Positions 1-9,367 of a stretch of DNA of 64,000 nucleotides are shown here, in pieces. The stretch spans positions 3,393,205-3,457,204 of the forward strand of contig OY970233.1 in NCBI GenBank assembly GCA_963714105.1, written 5' to 3'. Source of the DNA: an uncultured Actinomycetes bacterium. GTDB lineage: Bacteria > Actinomycetota > Acidimicrobiia > IMCC26256 > PALSA-555. The notes beneath the pieces are model-generated. The model worked only from the letters and a program-made list of their open reading frames with translations, had not been told where the DNA came from and did not search any database. Position numbers and translations under genes: made by a program. The first letter of the stretch is position 1; every line of letters starts with the position of its first letter.

Positions 1-234
1 GCGCTCCCCTCCCTCCACGCGGCGTGGCCACTGATGGTCGCCCTGTTCCTCTGGCCCACCGCCCGCCGCGGCCGCTACCTGCTCGTCCTCTACGTCGCGT
101 TCATGACCTTCGTGCTCGTGTACGGCGCCGAGCACTACATGAGCGACGTCATCATGGGTTGGGTGTACACGATCGTCGTGTTCTGGGCCTGGAACCGCTA
201 CTGGTCGCGCCGGGACGCGATGAGCCGCGCGTGA
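1..234 (+). CDS. PAP2-superfamily membrane phosphatase, C-terminal part (5' end outside window)
   Basis: Open from nt 1 in the frame of ORF 34..234. 'PSLHAAW' and 'AEHYMSDVIMGW' resemble PAP2 C2/C3 motifs, with hydrophobic helices. TGA 232-234 overlaps the next GTG (GTGA). Confidence 0.55.
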   Translation, partial: ALPSLHAAWPLMVALFLWPTARRGRYLLVLYVAFMTFVLVYGAEHYMSDVIMGWVYTIVVFWAWNRYWSRRDAMSRA

Positions 235-708
235 GCGACGAGAGCCGACTCGTCGCGGACCGATGGGCCATCCACGACGTGACCATGCAGTACTGGATGA
301 ACGTGGATCGGCGCGACTGGGCCCGGGTGAAGGCCTGCTTCGTGCCCGGCACGCTGGTGGACTACTCCGCGTTGATGCCCGATCGGCTCGGCCGTGCCCG
401 CGGAGGTGGTCGTCGACCGGATCGCCGACGCCATCCAGCTCTACGCGGTGACGGTCCACAACGTCGGGAACCACGAGGTGCGAGTCGACGGCGACGAAGC
501 CCACAGCGAGGCGTGCATCGTGGCGCACCACGTCTACGCCGACCCGACCCACCACGACGGCCGGCTGCCCGTCGCCGGCCTGCGGTACCGGGACGTCCTC
601 GTCCGGACCCCCGCCGGCTGGCGGATCCGCGACCGGGTCGCGACGACCGACTGGCGTGCCTGGTGGGATCCCCGCACGCCCACCTACGTCGACGGCGTCC
701 ACCAGTAG
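231..708 (+). pseudogene. SnoaL-like / NTF2-fold (SnoaL_4-type) protein, frame broken near nt ~388
   Basis: The N-part 'VSDESRLVADRWAIHDVTMQYWMNVDRRDWARVKACFVPGTLVDYS' starts at GTG 231 in the frame of ORF 24..719. The C-part 'AEVVVDRIADAIQLYAVTVHNVGNHEVRVDGDEAHSEACIVAHH' is ORF 394..708. The two are colinear with one domain but 1 nt out of register. Confidence 0.55.
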
Positions 709-711
709 CCC

Positions 712-1488
712 ATGGGTGACACCGTCCTGTACGACCGTGACGGGCACGTCGCCACCATCACCTACAACCGTCCCGACGTCCTCAACGCGATCAATGGGCA
801 GCTGCGCCAAGACCTCAACGCGGCCTGGGAGCAGTTCCGCGCCGACGAGGACGCCTGGGTCGCGATCCTCACCGGTGCCGGCCGGGCCTTCTGCGTCGGT
901 GCCGACCTCCACGACGGCGCCGCCTCAGCCGGTTCCTGGCCCGGGTCGTTCTGGGAGATCCCGACCATCAACTCCTTCGAATCCGGGCTCGAGGTCTGGA
1001 AGCCGACCATCGCCGCCGTCCACGGCTACTGCCTCGGCTACGGCCTCACCGCCGTCGCCGCCTGCGACTTCGTCATCGCCGCCGACGACGCCCAGTTCGG
1101 CATGCCCGAAGTCCGCCTCGGCGTCCCCACCATCGTCGGGGCGATCCGACTCCCCCAACGGATCGGCATGCAGGCCGCCCTCGAGCTGCTCCTCACCGGC
1201 GACCGCATCGACGCCGCACGCGCCGCCGAGATCGGCCTCGCCGGCCGCGTCGTCCCACACGACCAGCTCCTCACCGAAGCCCGACGGCTCGCCGACCGGC
1301 TCTGCGCCGGCGCACCCCTCGCCGTCCGCGCCGTCAAGGAGATGGCCTACCGGGGTCAGACCCTGCCCTGGACCGACGCTGTCCGCATGGGCGAAGCCAT
1401 GAGACGGGTTGTCCTGAACACCGAGGACGCAGCAGAAGGAAGAGCCGCGGCTGCCGAGCGCCGCGAGCCTCGATGGCGCGCACGCTAG
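712..1488 (+). CDS. enoyl-CoA hydratase/isomerase (crotonase) family protein
   Basis: 258-aa ORF with the crotonase signature 'ITYNRPDVLNAIN...ILTGAGRAFCVGADL'. It starts 4 nt after the previous stop. Confidence 0.85.
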   Translation: MGDTVLYDRDGHVATITYNRPDVLNAINGQLRQDLNAAWEQFRADEDAWVAILTGAGRAFCVGADLHDGAASAGSWPGSFWEIPTINSFESGLEVWKPTIAAVHGYCLGYGLTAVAACDFVIAADDAQFGMPEVRLGVPTIVGAIRLPQRIGMQAALELLLTGDRIDAARAAEIGLAGRVVPHDQLLTEARRLADRLCAGAPLAVRAVKEMAYRGQTLPWTDAVRMGEAMRRVVLNTEDAAEGRAAAAERREPRWRAR

Positions 1489-1681
1489 GCCGTCGCGTGA
1501 TCGACGCCCCGGTCCTGGACCGGCCGGAGCGTCGGCCCGGCGCGCACCGGCACACGCTCGACAGGCGGCGCGGTCTGCTGCGCCCCCCGGTCGTCGTCGA
1601 GGAGCCACCACCCGGAGCCCTGCACCCGGACCACGACGTGGGCGTCACGACCCGGCACGGCGCCGTGCTCCGCGTCAACGT

Positions 1682-2053
1682 CTATCGACCGCCGGGCGCC
1701 GGGCGGTCGCCGTGCACGACCACCTCGTGCTCGCCGGCAATTCCGCTCGTCGCGGTCAGATCGTGGAACCGGCGCAGCAGCCGGACGGCCGCGGCGAGCT
1801 GCCCGTAGGACCAGGCCGAGTACTCCAGGCTCGGCGGAGCCCAGCCGTCCAGGAACGACAGGATCTCGCGACCCTGCACGTCGATGCCGAGAAACCGCGG
1901 CGTCGACTCGAAGTGCTGCTCCTCGCAGTACCGCAGCAACTCGTGGGCGAACGCAGCGTTCGCGGCCTGAGGCCGCCGCACGGTGTCGCCGACGCGGACG
2001 ACCCCCGCCGTCGTCTGACCGCCTTCGAGCGGCGGCGCGAGCTCGGCGTCCAT
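1682..2053 (-). pseudogene. APH/choline-kinase-type phosphotransferase, apparently truncated just after the HGD motif
   Basis: ATG 2053. 'GVVRVGDTVRRP...FLGIDVQGREILSFLDGW...LLRRFHDL...VVVHGD' looks like a kinase N-lobe and catalytic loop. The ORF stops 8 codons after HGD, and no continuation was recognised in any frame of 1489-1681. Confidence 0.4.
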
Positions 2054-2137
2054 GGCCACCAGTCTCGTCGCCGCCGGCCCGGGCGCGGCGGGCGATCTCG
2101 GACGAGGACCGCGCCGCGGGTACCGTCGAGGCGGCTG

Positions 2138-3028
2138 ATGCGCCACTCCCCCCAATTCACGGAACGCTCCAACTCGAGACGACCGCCCCGACGGGCCGTG
2201 CTGATCGGCTCCGTCGTGGCCGCGGTCGTCTTCGCCGCGAGCGGATCCACGTTCGCGGGCGTCCCCGCGACGAGGGGTCCGGGGGCGGTGGCGAAGACGG
2301 AGCGGCCGACGCACATCTTCGTGGAAGGTGACTCGATCGCCCTCACGTTGGGGCTCGGTCTGGTGATGGTCGGGACCCCGCAGGGTTACACCGTCACCGG
2401 TGCACCGTGGCTGGGTTGCGGGCTCGAGCCGGGCGGCGAGGTCATCTGGCGACCCCAAGGGCTGGGCGTCGCTCCGGACGGCTGCCCCGACTGGGTGCAC
2501 CACTGGGCCCAGCTGGTCGCCCACGACCGACCCAACGTGGTCGCGCTGCTGGTCGGTGACTGGGACATGTACGACCGCATCGTCGACGGCCGATGGCTGC
2601 GCTTCGCCAGCCCCGCCTCCGACCGGCGCATCGGCGGGCTCCTCGACCAGGCCATCCACGGGCTGTCCAGCGCGGGGGGTCGCGTCGCGCTCCTCACGAT
2701 GCCCTACGAGTCACCCGTCGACGCGCCGGTCCGCGCCGCGCAGTACCGCTCCGCGTTCGACCCGGCGCGCGTGCGCCACTGGAACACCCTCGTGCGCGCC
2801 GCGGTAGCCCGCCACCCTCACGTCGCGCAGCTCGTCGACTTGAACCGGTTCGCGACCCCACACGGCTACACGAACACCCTCGACGGGATCACGCCGTTCC
2901 GGGGCACGGACAACGGGCGGGGGACCCCGGTCGTCGAAGACGGCGTGCACTTCACCCCCGCGGGTGCGCAGCTCGTCGCGGGCTGGCTCCTCCCGCGCCT
3001 GTCGGCGATCGCCGCCGCGCGCGCCTGA
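2138..3028 (+). CDS. membrane-anchored/secreted SGNH (GDSL-like) hydrolase
   Basis: ATG 2138 inside ORF 1712..3028. N-terminal hydrophobic anchor 'AVLIGSVVAAVVFAASG', 'FVEGDSIA' block I and 'DGVHFTPAG' block V. It is colinear with the SGNH domain of the acyltransferase at 23.7-24.4 kb. Confidence 0.7.
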   Translation: MRHSPQFTERSNSRRPPRRAVLIGSVVAAVVFAASGSTFAGVPATRGPGAVAKTERPTHIFVEGDSIALTLGLGLVMVGTPQGYTVTGAPWLGCGLEPGGEVIWRPQGLGVAPDGCPDWVHHWAQLVAHDRPNVVALLVGDWDMYDRIVDGRWLRFASPASDRRIGGLLDQAIHGLSSAGGRVALLTMPYESPVDAPVRAAQYRSAFDPARVRHWNTLVRAAVARHPHVAQLVDLNRFATPHGYTNTLDGITPFRGTDNGRGTPVVEDGVHFTPAGAQLVAGWLLPRLSAIAAARA

Positions 3029-3176
3029 CCCGCGAGCCCGCGGCGTTCCAGCCGGCGTGACCGCGCGATCGAGGCGCCGCACCGGGGACGGTAAGGAAGC
3101 GGCGGCGGGGGTGTCGGTTGCGTGACGTGCGCCGCTGGCGGCCCGCCCGGCCGGCCTGGTCTGGCGGGGGTGCGTC

Positions 3177-3752
3177 CTAGCCGGTGAAACGCGGCGACAC
3201 GATCACGGGGGCCGGTGGAGGCGGTGGGAAGACGTTCGTGACGGTGATGGTCGTGTTGCCGCCGGTCGCCGAGTCGGGCCCGAACGTGACCGTCTGTTGG
3301 TCCGTGCTGCACGTCGTGTCGGTCGCGCCGGATCCGAGTGCGCACGTGTACGAGACGGATTGCGCGCCACCGGTGACGGTCTCGGTCGCGGTGCAGCTAC
3401 CCGGGATCGACGGCGGGCTGACCGTGTTCGTGCCCGTCGGGTCTCCGTTCGCGTTGAAGGTCACGGGCACCAAGAACTCGACCGCCGCGTGGGTACCGCC
3501 GGTGGTCGAGGTCGTCGTCGACGCGGCGCCGCCGACGTCGGTGGGGACCGGGCGGGTGCAGGTCACGTCGACGGTGAAGGTGGTCCCCGCCGGGACGACG
3601 CCGGTCACCACCTTCTTGATCGTGATCACGGGCAAGGTCTGGGCGCCCCCGGGTGTGGCAGCCAGCAGCGGCACCAAACCGGCCAGGGCGAGCACGGCCA
3701 GGATGCTCACCACCCGCTGACGCCCCACCGCCTGAAGTCCCCGCACCAGCAT
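3177..3752 (-). CDS. secreted DUF5979/prealbumin-fold-like surface protein ending in ...VSPRFTG
   Basis: 191 aa with signal peptide 'VVSILAVLALAGLVPLLAATPGGAQT'. The 'VITIKKVVTG..FTVDVTC..CTATETV..TITVTNVF' pattern is that of actinobacterial SpaA-like/DUF5979 domains. A poly-Pro linker precedes PRFTG-stop. Confidence 0.7.
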   Translation of the reverse strand: MLVRGLQAVGRQRVVSILAVLALAGLVPLLAATPGGAQTLPVITIKKVVTGVVPAGTTFTVDVTCTRPVPTDVGGAASTTTSTTGGTHAAVEFLVPVTFNANGDPTGTNTVSPPSIPGSCTATETVTGGAQSVSYTCALGSGATDTTCSTDQQTVTFGPDSATGGNTTITVTNVFPPPPPAPVIVSPRFTG

Positions 3753-3800
3753 CTCCCACCCTGTCGTGGCGAACCGAGCCTGCCCTGGCGCGAAACGTAG

Positions 3801-3826
3801 CCGACGGGGGTGCTCGCCGCCGTCGG
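3801..3826 (-). terminator. hairpin downstream of trpB2 (candidate intrinsic terminator)
   Basis: CCGACGG-12 nt-CCGTCGG, 24 nt after the trpB2 stop. No U-tract. Confidence 0.25.
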
Positions 3827-3849
3827 AGCCACCGGTGGGTCCGACGGGG

Positions 3850-5101
3850 CTAGGTGTCGACGAGGCGACCGTGGCGGTAGTCGTCGTAGGCGGCGAGGTC
3901 GAGGAGCCCGTGGCCGGAGAAGTTGAAGAGGAGGACTCGCTCCTCGCCGGTGTCCTTGGCGGCGAGCGCCTCGTCGATGACCGCCCGGATGACGTGGCCG
4001 GTCTCGGGAGCGGGAAGCTTGCCTTCGGTGTTGGCGAACTGGATCGCGGCCTCGAACGTGACGTTCTGGGGGTAGGCGACGGCCTCCATCCGGCCGGTCT
4101 TCACGAGGTTGGAGATGATCGGCGAGTCGCCGTGGTATCGCAGCCCGCCGGCGTGGATCGGTGGCGGGACGAAGTCGTGCCCGAGCGTGTACATGGCGAG
4201 CAGCGGGGTCATCCCCGCGGTGTCGCCGAAGTCGTACTCGAAGCGTCCGCCGGTCAGGGTCGGGCACGACGCCGGCTCCGCGGCGACGAGGCGCACCCCC
4301 TCGTCGGGGACGAACGGCAGCGCGATCCCGCCGAGGTTCGAGCCGCCACCGCAGCAGCCGAGCACGACGTCGGGGGACGACTCGCCGGCCGCTTCGAGCT
4401 GACGCTTCGCCTCGAGCCCGATGATCGTCTGGTGCAACAGCACGTGGTTCAGCACCGACCCGAGCGAGTAGTGGGTGTCGGCCCGCCCGGCGGCGTCGCG
4501 GACCGCGTCGCTGATCGCGAGGCCGAGCGAGCCGGGATGGTCGGGGTCATCGACCGGTGACGGGATGACCTCGCTCCCCCACGTCTGCATCAGGATGCTG
4601 CGGTACGGCTTCTGCTGGTAGGAGGCGCGCACCATGTACACGGTGCAGTCGAGCCCGAACTGGGTGCACGCGAACGAGAGCGCGGTTCCCCACTGGCCCG
4701 CGCCGGTCTCGGTGGTGAGCCGCGCGATCCCTTCGCGCTGGTTGTAGAACGCCTGGGGCACCGCGGTGTTCGGCTTGTGGGAACCGGCCGGGGAGACCGA
4801 CTCGTCCTTGTAGTAGATGCGGGCCGGGGTCTGCAGGGCCCGCTCGAGCCGCTCGGCCCGCACGAGCGGCGTCGGCCGCCACAACGACAGGATGTCGAGC
4901 ACCTCTCCGGGGATGTCGACCCACGGGTCGGTCGAGACCTCCTGACCGATGAGGGCCATCGGGAACAACGGGGCGAGGTCGTCCGGGCCGATCGGCTCGC
5001 GTCGTTCCCGGATGCAGCGGCGGCTCGAGCGGCACGCTCAACGCGGGCAGCACGTTGAACCAGGCGGTCGGCAGGTCCTCCACGCCGAGGATCACGCGCA
5101 C
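3850..5101 (-). pseudogene. trpB: TrpB-like PLP enzyme (tryptophan synthase beta, TrpB2 type), frame broken near ~5000
   Basis: ORF 3850..4968 carries '[34 protein letters not shown]'. The matching N-terminus '[32 protein letters not shown]' is in another frame starting at GTG 5101, 4 nt after the trpC stop. Confidence 0.8.
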
Positions 5102-5105
5102 CGCG

Positions 5106-5906
5106 TCACCGTAGCGTCCGGGGCGTCGCGGCGAGCTCGGCGACGAGCACGCCGGGGTCGTCGGCGCGGACCAGCGCCTCCCCGACCAGCACCGCGTCGA
5201 AGCCGGCCGCGGCCATGCGACGCGCGTCCGCGACGTTGCGGATCGCGCTCTCCGCGACTGCGGCGACGCCGCGGGGGATCCGGGCCGCGAGCCGCTCCAC
5301 GACGCCGAGGTCCTCCGCGAAGGTCCCCAAGTCGCGGGCGTTGACCCCCACCGCGCCCGGTTCGAGCTCGAGGGCGACGTCGAGCTCGGCGTCGTCGTGG
5401 ACTTCGACGAGCGCGCCGAGGTGGAGCGCCCCGGCGAGCTCGTGGAGCTCTCGCAGCGCCCCACGATCCGGGACGGCCGCGACGATCAGCAGCACGGCGT
5501 CGGCGCCGATCGCGCGGCTCTCGTAGAGCTGGTCGACGTCGATCGTGAAGTCCTTGCGGAGCGCGGGGATGTTCGGCGCCGCGGCGCGGGCCTTCCGGAG
5601 GTCGTCGACCGACCCGTCGAAGAACAGCCGGTCGGTCAGGACCGACAAGGCGGCGGCGCCGCCGTGCTCGTAGGCCGCGGCGGTGGTCGCGGGGTCCAGG
5701 TCGGGGGCGAGGGCACCCTTCGATGGTGAGCGTCGCTTCAGCTCCGCGACGACGGCGAGCCGGTCCCGGCGGCGGAGCGCACCGACGAAGTCGCGCGGGG
5801 CCGGCGCGGCGAGCGCGGCGGCGTGGATCGCGTCGCGGGTTGGTGGCTGGTGCAAGAGGGTCACCTCGTCGCGCTTGGCGGCGAGGATCTCGTCGAGGAC
5901 ACCCAT
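5106..5906 (-). CDS. trpC: indole-3-glycerol-phosphate synthase
   Basis: 'VVAELKRRSPSKG..ALSVLTD..FFDGS..LRKDF..VNARDL'. The second ATG (5906) was preferred because ATG 5936 overlaps the divergent bgl start. Confidence 0.85.
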   Translation of the reverse strand: MGVLDEILAAKRDEVTLLHQPPTRDAIHAAALAAPAPRDFVGALRRRDRLAVVAELKRRSPSKGALAPDLDPATTAAAYEHGGAAALSVLTDRLFFDGSVDDLRKARAAAPNIPALRKDFTIDVDQLYESRAIGADAVLLIVAAVPDRGALRELHELAGALHLGALVEVHDDAELDVALELEPGAVGVNARDLGTFAEDLGVVERLAARIPRGVAAVAESAIRNVADARRMAAAGFDAVLVGEALVRADDPGVLVAELAATPRTLR

Positions 5907-5934
5907 CGGTCCCGAGTGTGCCAGGATCGGCGCC

Positions 5935-7107
5935 ATGTCGGTGACCTTCCCGGACGGCTTCGTGTGGGGTACCGCGACCGCGGCGCATCAGGTCGAGGGG
6001 GGGAACTGGAACAACGACTGGTGGGCGTGGGAGCACGCGGAGGGGACCCCGTGCGAGGAACCGTCGGGTGACGCGTGCGACCACCTGTGGCGCTACCCGC
6101 AGGACCTGAGGCTCCTCGCCGACCACGGGTTCGGTGCGTACCGGTTCTCGCTCGAGTGGTCCCGGATCGAGCCGGAGTACGGCGAGTTCTCCACCGCGAA
6201 CCTGGACCACTACCGGCGGGTGATCGAGACCTGCCGGGATCATGGCGTGATGCCGGTCGTGACGTTCCACCACTTCACGACGCCCCGGTGGGTGGTCGCC
6301 GAGGGCGGGTGGGAGGACCCCGCGACCGCGGATCGGTTCGCGTCGTTCTGCGAACGGGCCGTCGGCCACTTCGGCGACGAGATCGGGATGGCCTGCACGA
6401 TCAACGAGCCCAACATCGTGTCGTTGATGGGCTGGCTGATGGGGGTGTTCCCACCCGGCCGCAGCGACGACCTCGCCGGCTACGTGCAGGTCAACGAGAA
6501 CCTCCGCGCCGCGCACCGCAAGGCCTACGACGTGTTGAAGGCCGGGCCGGGTGACTTCCCGGTCGGGCTCACCCTCTCGATGAGCGACTGGGCCGCGGAG
6601 CCCGGCTCCGAGCATCTGATCCAGACGTTCCGTCAGCACCACGAGGACGAGTACCTGGAGGCGGCACGCGGCGACGACTTCATCGGCGTGCAGGCGTACT
6701 CGCGGAACCGGGTCGGCCCGTCGGGGGTGCTCGGCCCCGAACCCGGCGTCGAGGTGCTCCCAATGGGCTACGAGTACTGGCCCCAGGCCGCGGAGGCGGC
6801 GATCCGGCACGCGGTCGAGGTGACCCACGCGCCGGTGTACGTGACCGAGAACGGGATCGGCACCGACGACGACGAGCAGCGGGTCCGGTACGTGCGGGAG
6901 TCCCTCGAGGGGGTGGGGCGGACCCTCGCCGACGGTCTCGACGTGCGGGGCTGGTTCCACTGGTCGCTACTCGACAACTTCGAGTGGGCGTTCGGGTACC
7001 GGATGCAGTTCGGGCTGGTCGCGGTCGACCGGCCCACCCAGGCCCGCACCGCGAAGCCGAGCGCGTCGTGGCTCGCCGAAATCGTGCGCACCAACCGCCT
7101 CGACTGA
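5935..7107 (+). CDS. GH1 beta-glucosidase
   Basis: ATG 5935, with GH1 motifs 'FPDGFVWGTATAAHQVEGG', 'TFHHFTTPRW', 'TINEPN' and 'YVTENG'. Confidence 0.9.
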   Translation: MSVTFPDGFVWGTATAAHQVEGGNWNNDWWAWEHAEGTPCEEPSGDACDHLWRYPQDLRLLADHGFGAYRFSLEWSRIEPEYGEFSTANLDHYRRVIETCRDHGVMPVVTFHHFTTPRWVVAEGGWEDPATADRFASFCERAVGHFGDEIGMACTINEPNIVSLMGWLMGVFPPGRSDDLAGYVQVNENLRAAHRKAYDVLKAGPGDFPVGLTLSMSDWAAEPGSEHLIQTFRQHHEDEYLEAARGDDFIGVQAYSRNRVGPSGVLGPEPGVEVLPMGYEYWPQAAEAAIRHAVEVTHAPVYVTENGIGTDDDEQRVRYVRESLEGVGRTLADGLDVRGWFHWSLLDNFEWAFGYRMQFGLVAVDRPTQARTAKPSASWLAEIVRTNRLD

Positions 7108-7214
7108 CTCCAAACGGGGAGAGGGCGGCCCGGGGGGCGCTACCGGGGCTTGACCTGGTCTTGATGCCCACCTGACGTGACGGGTCGACGATCGTGGCGA
7201 CCGTGGGGGTCAGA

Positions 7215-7910
7215 ATGGGCCGCGTGGACAAGGGGACGGTCGTCGTCGTCGACGACGAGGACAACATCGCCGACCTGGTTGGCCTCTACCTGGAGCGGGA
7301 CGGCTTCCGGGTGCTGAAGGCCCCGACCGGCGACGCGGGCCTGGAGGCGTTCCGCACCCACCGGCCCCGGCTGGTGGTCCTCGACGTCGGCCTGCCCGAC
7401 ATCGACGGGCTCGAGGTGTGCAAACGGATCCGGATGACGTCCCAGGTGCCGATCATCTTCCTCACCGCCCGCGACGGTGAGGTCGACCGGGTGCTGGGCC
7501 TCGAGCTCGGCGCCGACGACTACCTGACCAAGCCGTTCTCCCCCGCCGAGCTGGTGGCCCGGGTGAAGGCGGTGCTGCGCCGCACCGACGGTGCCCCGGC
7601 ACCGGAGGTGGTTCAGGCGGGACGGGTGACCGTGGACGGCGGCCGTCGCGAGGTGCGGGTCGATGACGTGCCCGTCGAGCTGACGACGAAGGAATTCGAC
7701 CTGTTGAAGTTCCTCGCCGAGCGTCCCGGTCTCGCCCTGTCACGTCAGCAGATCCTCGACGGGGTGTGGGGCTACGACTGGTTCGGTGATGCCCGCACCG
7801 TCGACGTGCACATCGCGCAGGTGCGCAAGAAGCTCGGTGACGCCCTGGTCGTCGACACGGTGCGGGGCGTCGGGTACCGCCTCGAGTCGTCGCGCCCCAC
7901 CGGCGGATGA
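7215..7910 (+). CDS. OmpR-family response regulator
   Basis: Receiver domain 'VVVVDDEDNIADLV..VVLDVGLPDIDG..DDYLTKPF' plus winged helix 'LTTKEFDLLKFL..VRGVGYRL'. Confidence 0.9.
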   Translation: MGRVDKGTVVVVDDEDNIADLVGLYLERDGFRVLKAPTGDAGLEAFRTHRPRLVVLDVGLPDIDGLEVCKRIRMTSQVPIIFLTARDGEVDRVLGLELGADDYLTKPFSPAELVARVKAVLRRTDGAPAPEVVQAGRVTVDGGRREVRVDDVPVELTTKEFDLLKFLAERPGLALSRQQILDGVWGYDWFGDARTVDVHIAQVRKKLGDALVVDTVRGVGYRLESSRPTGG

Positions 7911-9367
7911 GCGCCCGGCGGGCCCCCGGGCCCGTCGACCGGCCGCGTCGACGTCTCCGCGCCCGCCTGCTCGTCGCGATGGTCGCGATCGCGTTCGGGG
8001 TGCTCGTCGTCGCCGGGCTCGGCGCCGCCGCGCTGGCCCGCACGACCGCGAACGCGGCCGCGATTCGGGACCTGAAGAAGAAGGCCCCGGGGGTGACGAC
8101 CGAGATCGACGCGCTCGGCACCCGGTTCCGGCAGGCCCGCAACCGGACCCTCAGCAACGAGGTCTGCTCCGTCATCGCGGGGGTGCTTCGCATCTCCGGG
8201 GCGAGCGTGGTCGAGGTCACCCCCAACGGCACGGTGGAGGAGGGTGTCGCGCCACTGCTCGGCAGCTCGTGCGCGAACTCCGGCAACGCGACGCTGCCCC
8301 CCGACCTGCAGACCTCCGATCTGAACGTCGACCAGCTCCTCATCGGTCAGCAGCAGTCGGGGGTCGTGAACGGCACCGCGTTCGTCGCCAACCCGCTCCC
8401 CCCGCTGGGTGCGTCGACTCCGGTGCTGGTACTCACCCAGGGGGTCGAGACGCAACCGCTCGGTCGGGGCGGCCCGTACTTCTTCGTGACCGGGGCGTTC
8501 GCGTTGGCGCTCGCCGCGCTGGTGTCCTTCTACTTCGCCCGGCGGCTGACCCGGCCGATCGCGGCGATGCGTGACACCGCGCAGCGCATCGCGGGCGGTG
8601 ACCTGTCGGCCCGGGTGGCGACGGACGGCGGTCCCGACGACGAGCTGCGCAGCCTGGCCCGCAGCCTCGACGCGATGGCCGAGGAGCTCGAGACCGCCCG
8701 TGGGCACGAGCGGGCGTTCCTCCTCAGCGTCTCCCACGATCTGCGGACCCCGCTGACCAGCATCCGGGGCTATGCGGAGGCGATCCAGGACGGGATGGTC
8801 GAGGACCCCGCCGAGCGGGTGCGGGCCGGGTCGATCATCGCCGCGGAGGCGCGACGCCTCGAACGGCTCGTCGCGGACCTGCTGGACCTGGCCCGCCTCG
8901 ACGCGCACCAGTTCTCGTTGCATCCCCGCCCGGTCGACGCCCGCAGCGTCGTCTACGAGACGGTCGCCGGGTTCGTGCCGTCGGCGCGGGATTGGGGGCT
9001 GCGCCTGGAGGTCATCCGCGGGGAGCCCGCGCCGGCGGATCTCGACCCCGAGCGGCTGGCCCAGATCACCGCCAACCTGGTCGAGAACGCGTTGAAGTAC
9101 GCGACCAGCGCGGTGCGGGTCGGGGTGGACCGCAACGACGGCCGGGTCGAGGTCCATGTCGACGACGACGGTCCCGGCATCCCGCTCGAGGAGCGCCACC
9201 AGGTGTTCGAGCGGCTCTACACCGCCCGTCCCGCGTCGGGTCGCAAGGTCGGGACCGGGATCGGGTTGGCGATCGTCCACGAGCTCGCCGGCGCGATGGG
9301 CGGCGGCGCGGACTGCGAGCCGCTCGAGCCGGCCGGCACCCGGTTCACGGTGACGATTCCCGCCTGA
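7907..9367 (+). CDS. sensor histidine kinase (TM-HAMP-HisKA-HATPase)
   Basis: ATGA overlap with the regulator. H-box 'SVSHDLRTPLTSI' and N/G boxes 'NLVENALKY', 'DDGPGIP', 'GTGIGLAIV'. Confidence 0.9.
   Translation: MSARRAPGPVDRPRRRLRARLLVAMVAIAFGVLVVAGLGAAALARTTANAAAIRDLKKKAPGVTTEIDALGTRFRQARNRTLSNEVCSVIAGVLRISGASVVEVTPNGTVEEGVAPLLGSSCANSGNATLPPDLQTSDLNVDQLLIGQQQSGVVNGTAFVANPLPPLGASTPVLVLTQGVETQPLGRGGPYFFVTGAFALALAALVSFYFARRLTRPIAAMRDTAQRIAGGDLSARVATDGGPDDELRSLARSLDAMAEELETARGHERAFLLSVSHDLRTPLTSIRGYAEAIQDGMVEDPAERVRAGSIIAAEARRLERLVADLLDLARLDAHQFSLHPRPVDARSVVYETVAGFVPSARDWGLRLEVIRGEPAPADLDPERLAQITANLVENALKYATSAVRVGVDRNDGRVEVHVDDDGPGIPLEERHQVFERLYTARPASGRKVGTGIGLAIVHELAGAMGGGADCEPLEPAGTRFTVTIPA

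Noticed and set aside
3177-3197. PRFTG tail considered as a sortase LPXTG-type signal
   Set aside because: The spacing differs (P-x-x-T-G rather than L-P-x-T-G). The stop codon follows the Gly immediately in all three cases. No hydrophobic segment or positively charged tail is encoded downstream in any frame. It is kept as a finding only as an undescribed terminal tag.
5092-6960. 622-aa minus-strand ORF antisense to the GH1 beta-glucosidase
   Set aside because: It is antisense and out of frame to a gene with clear GH1 motifs, and its sequence is low-complexity and R/P/G-rich.
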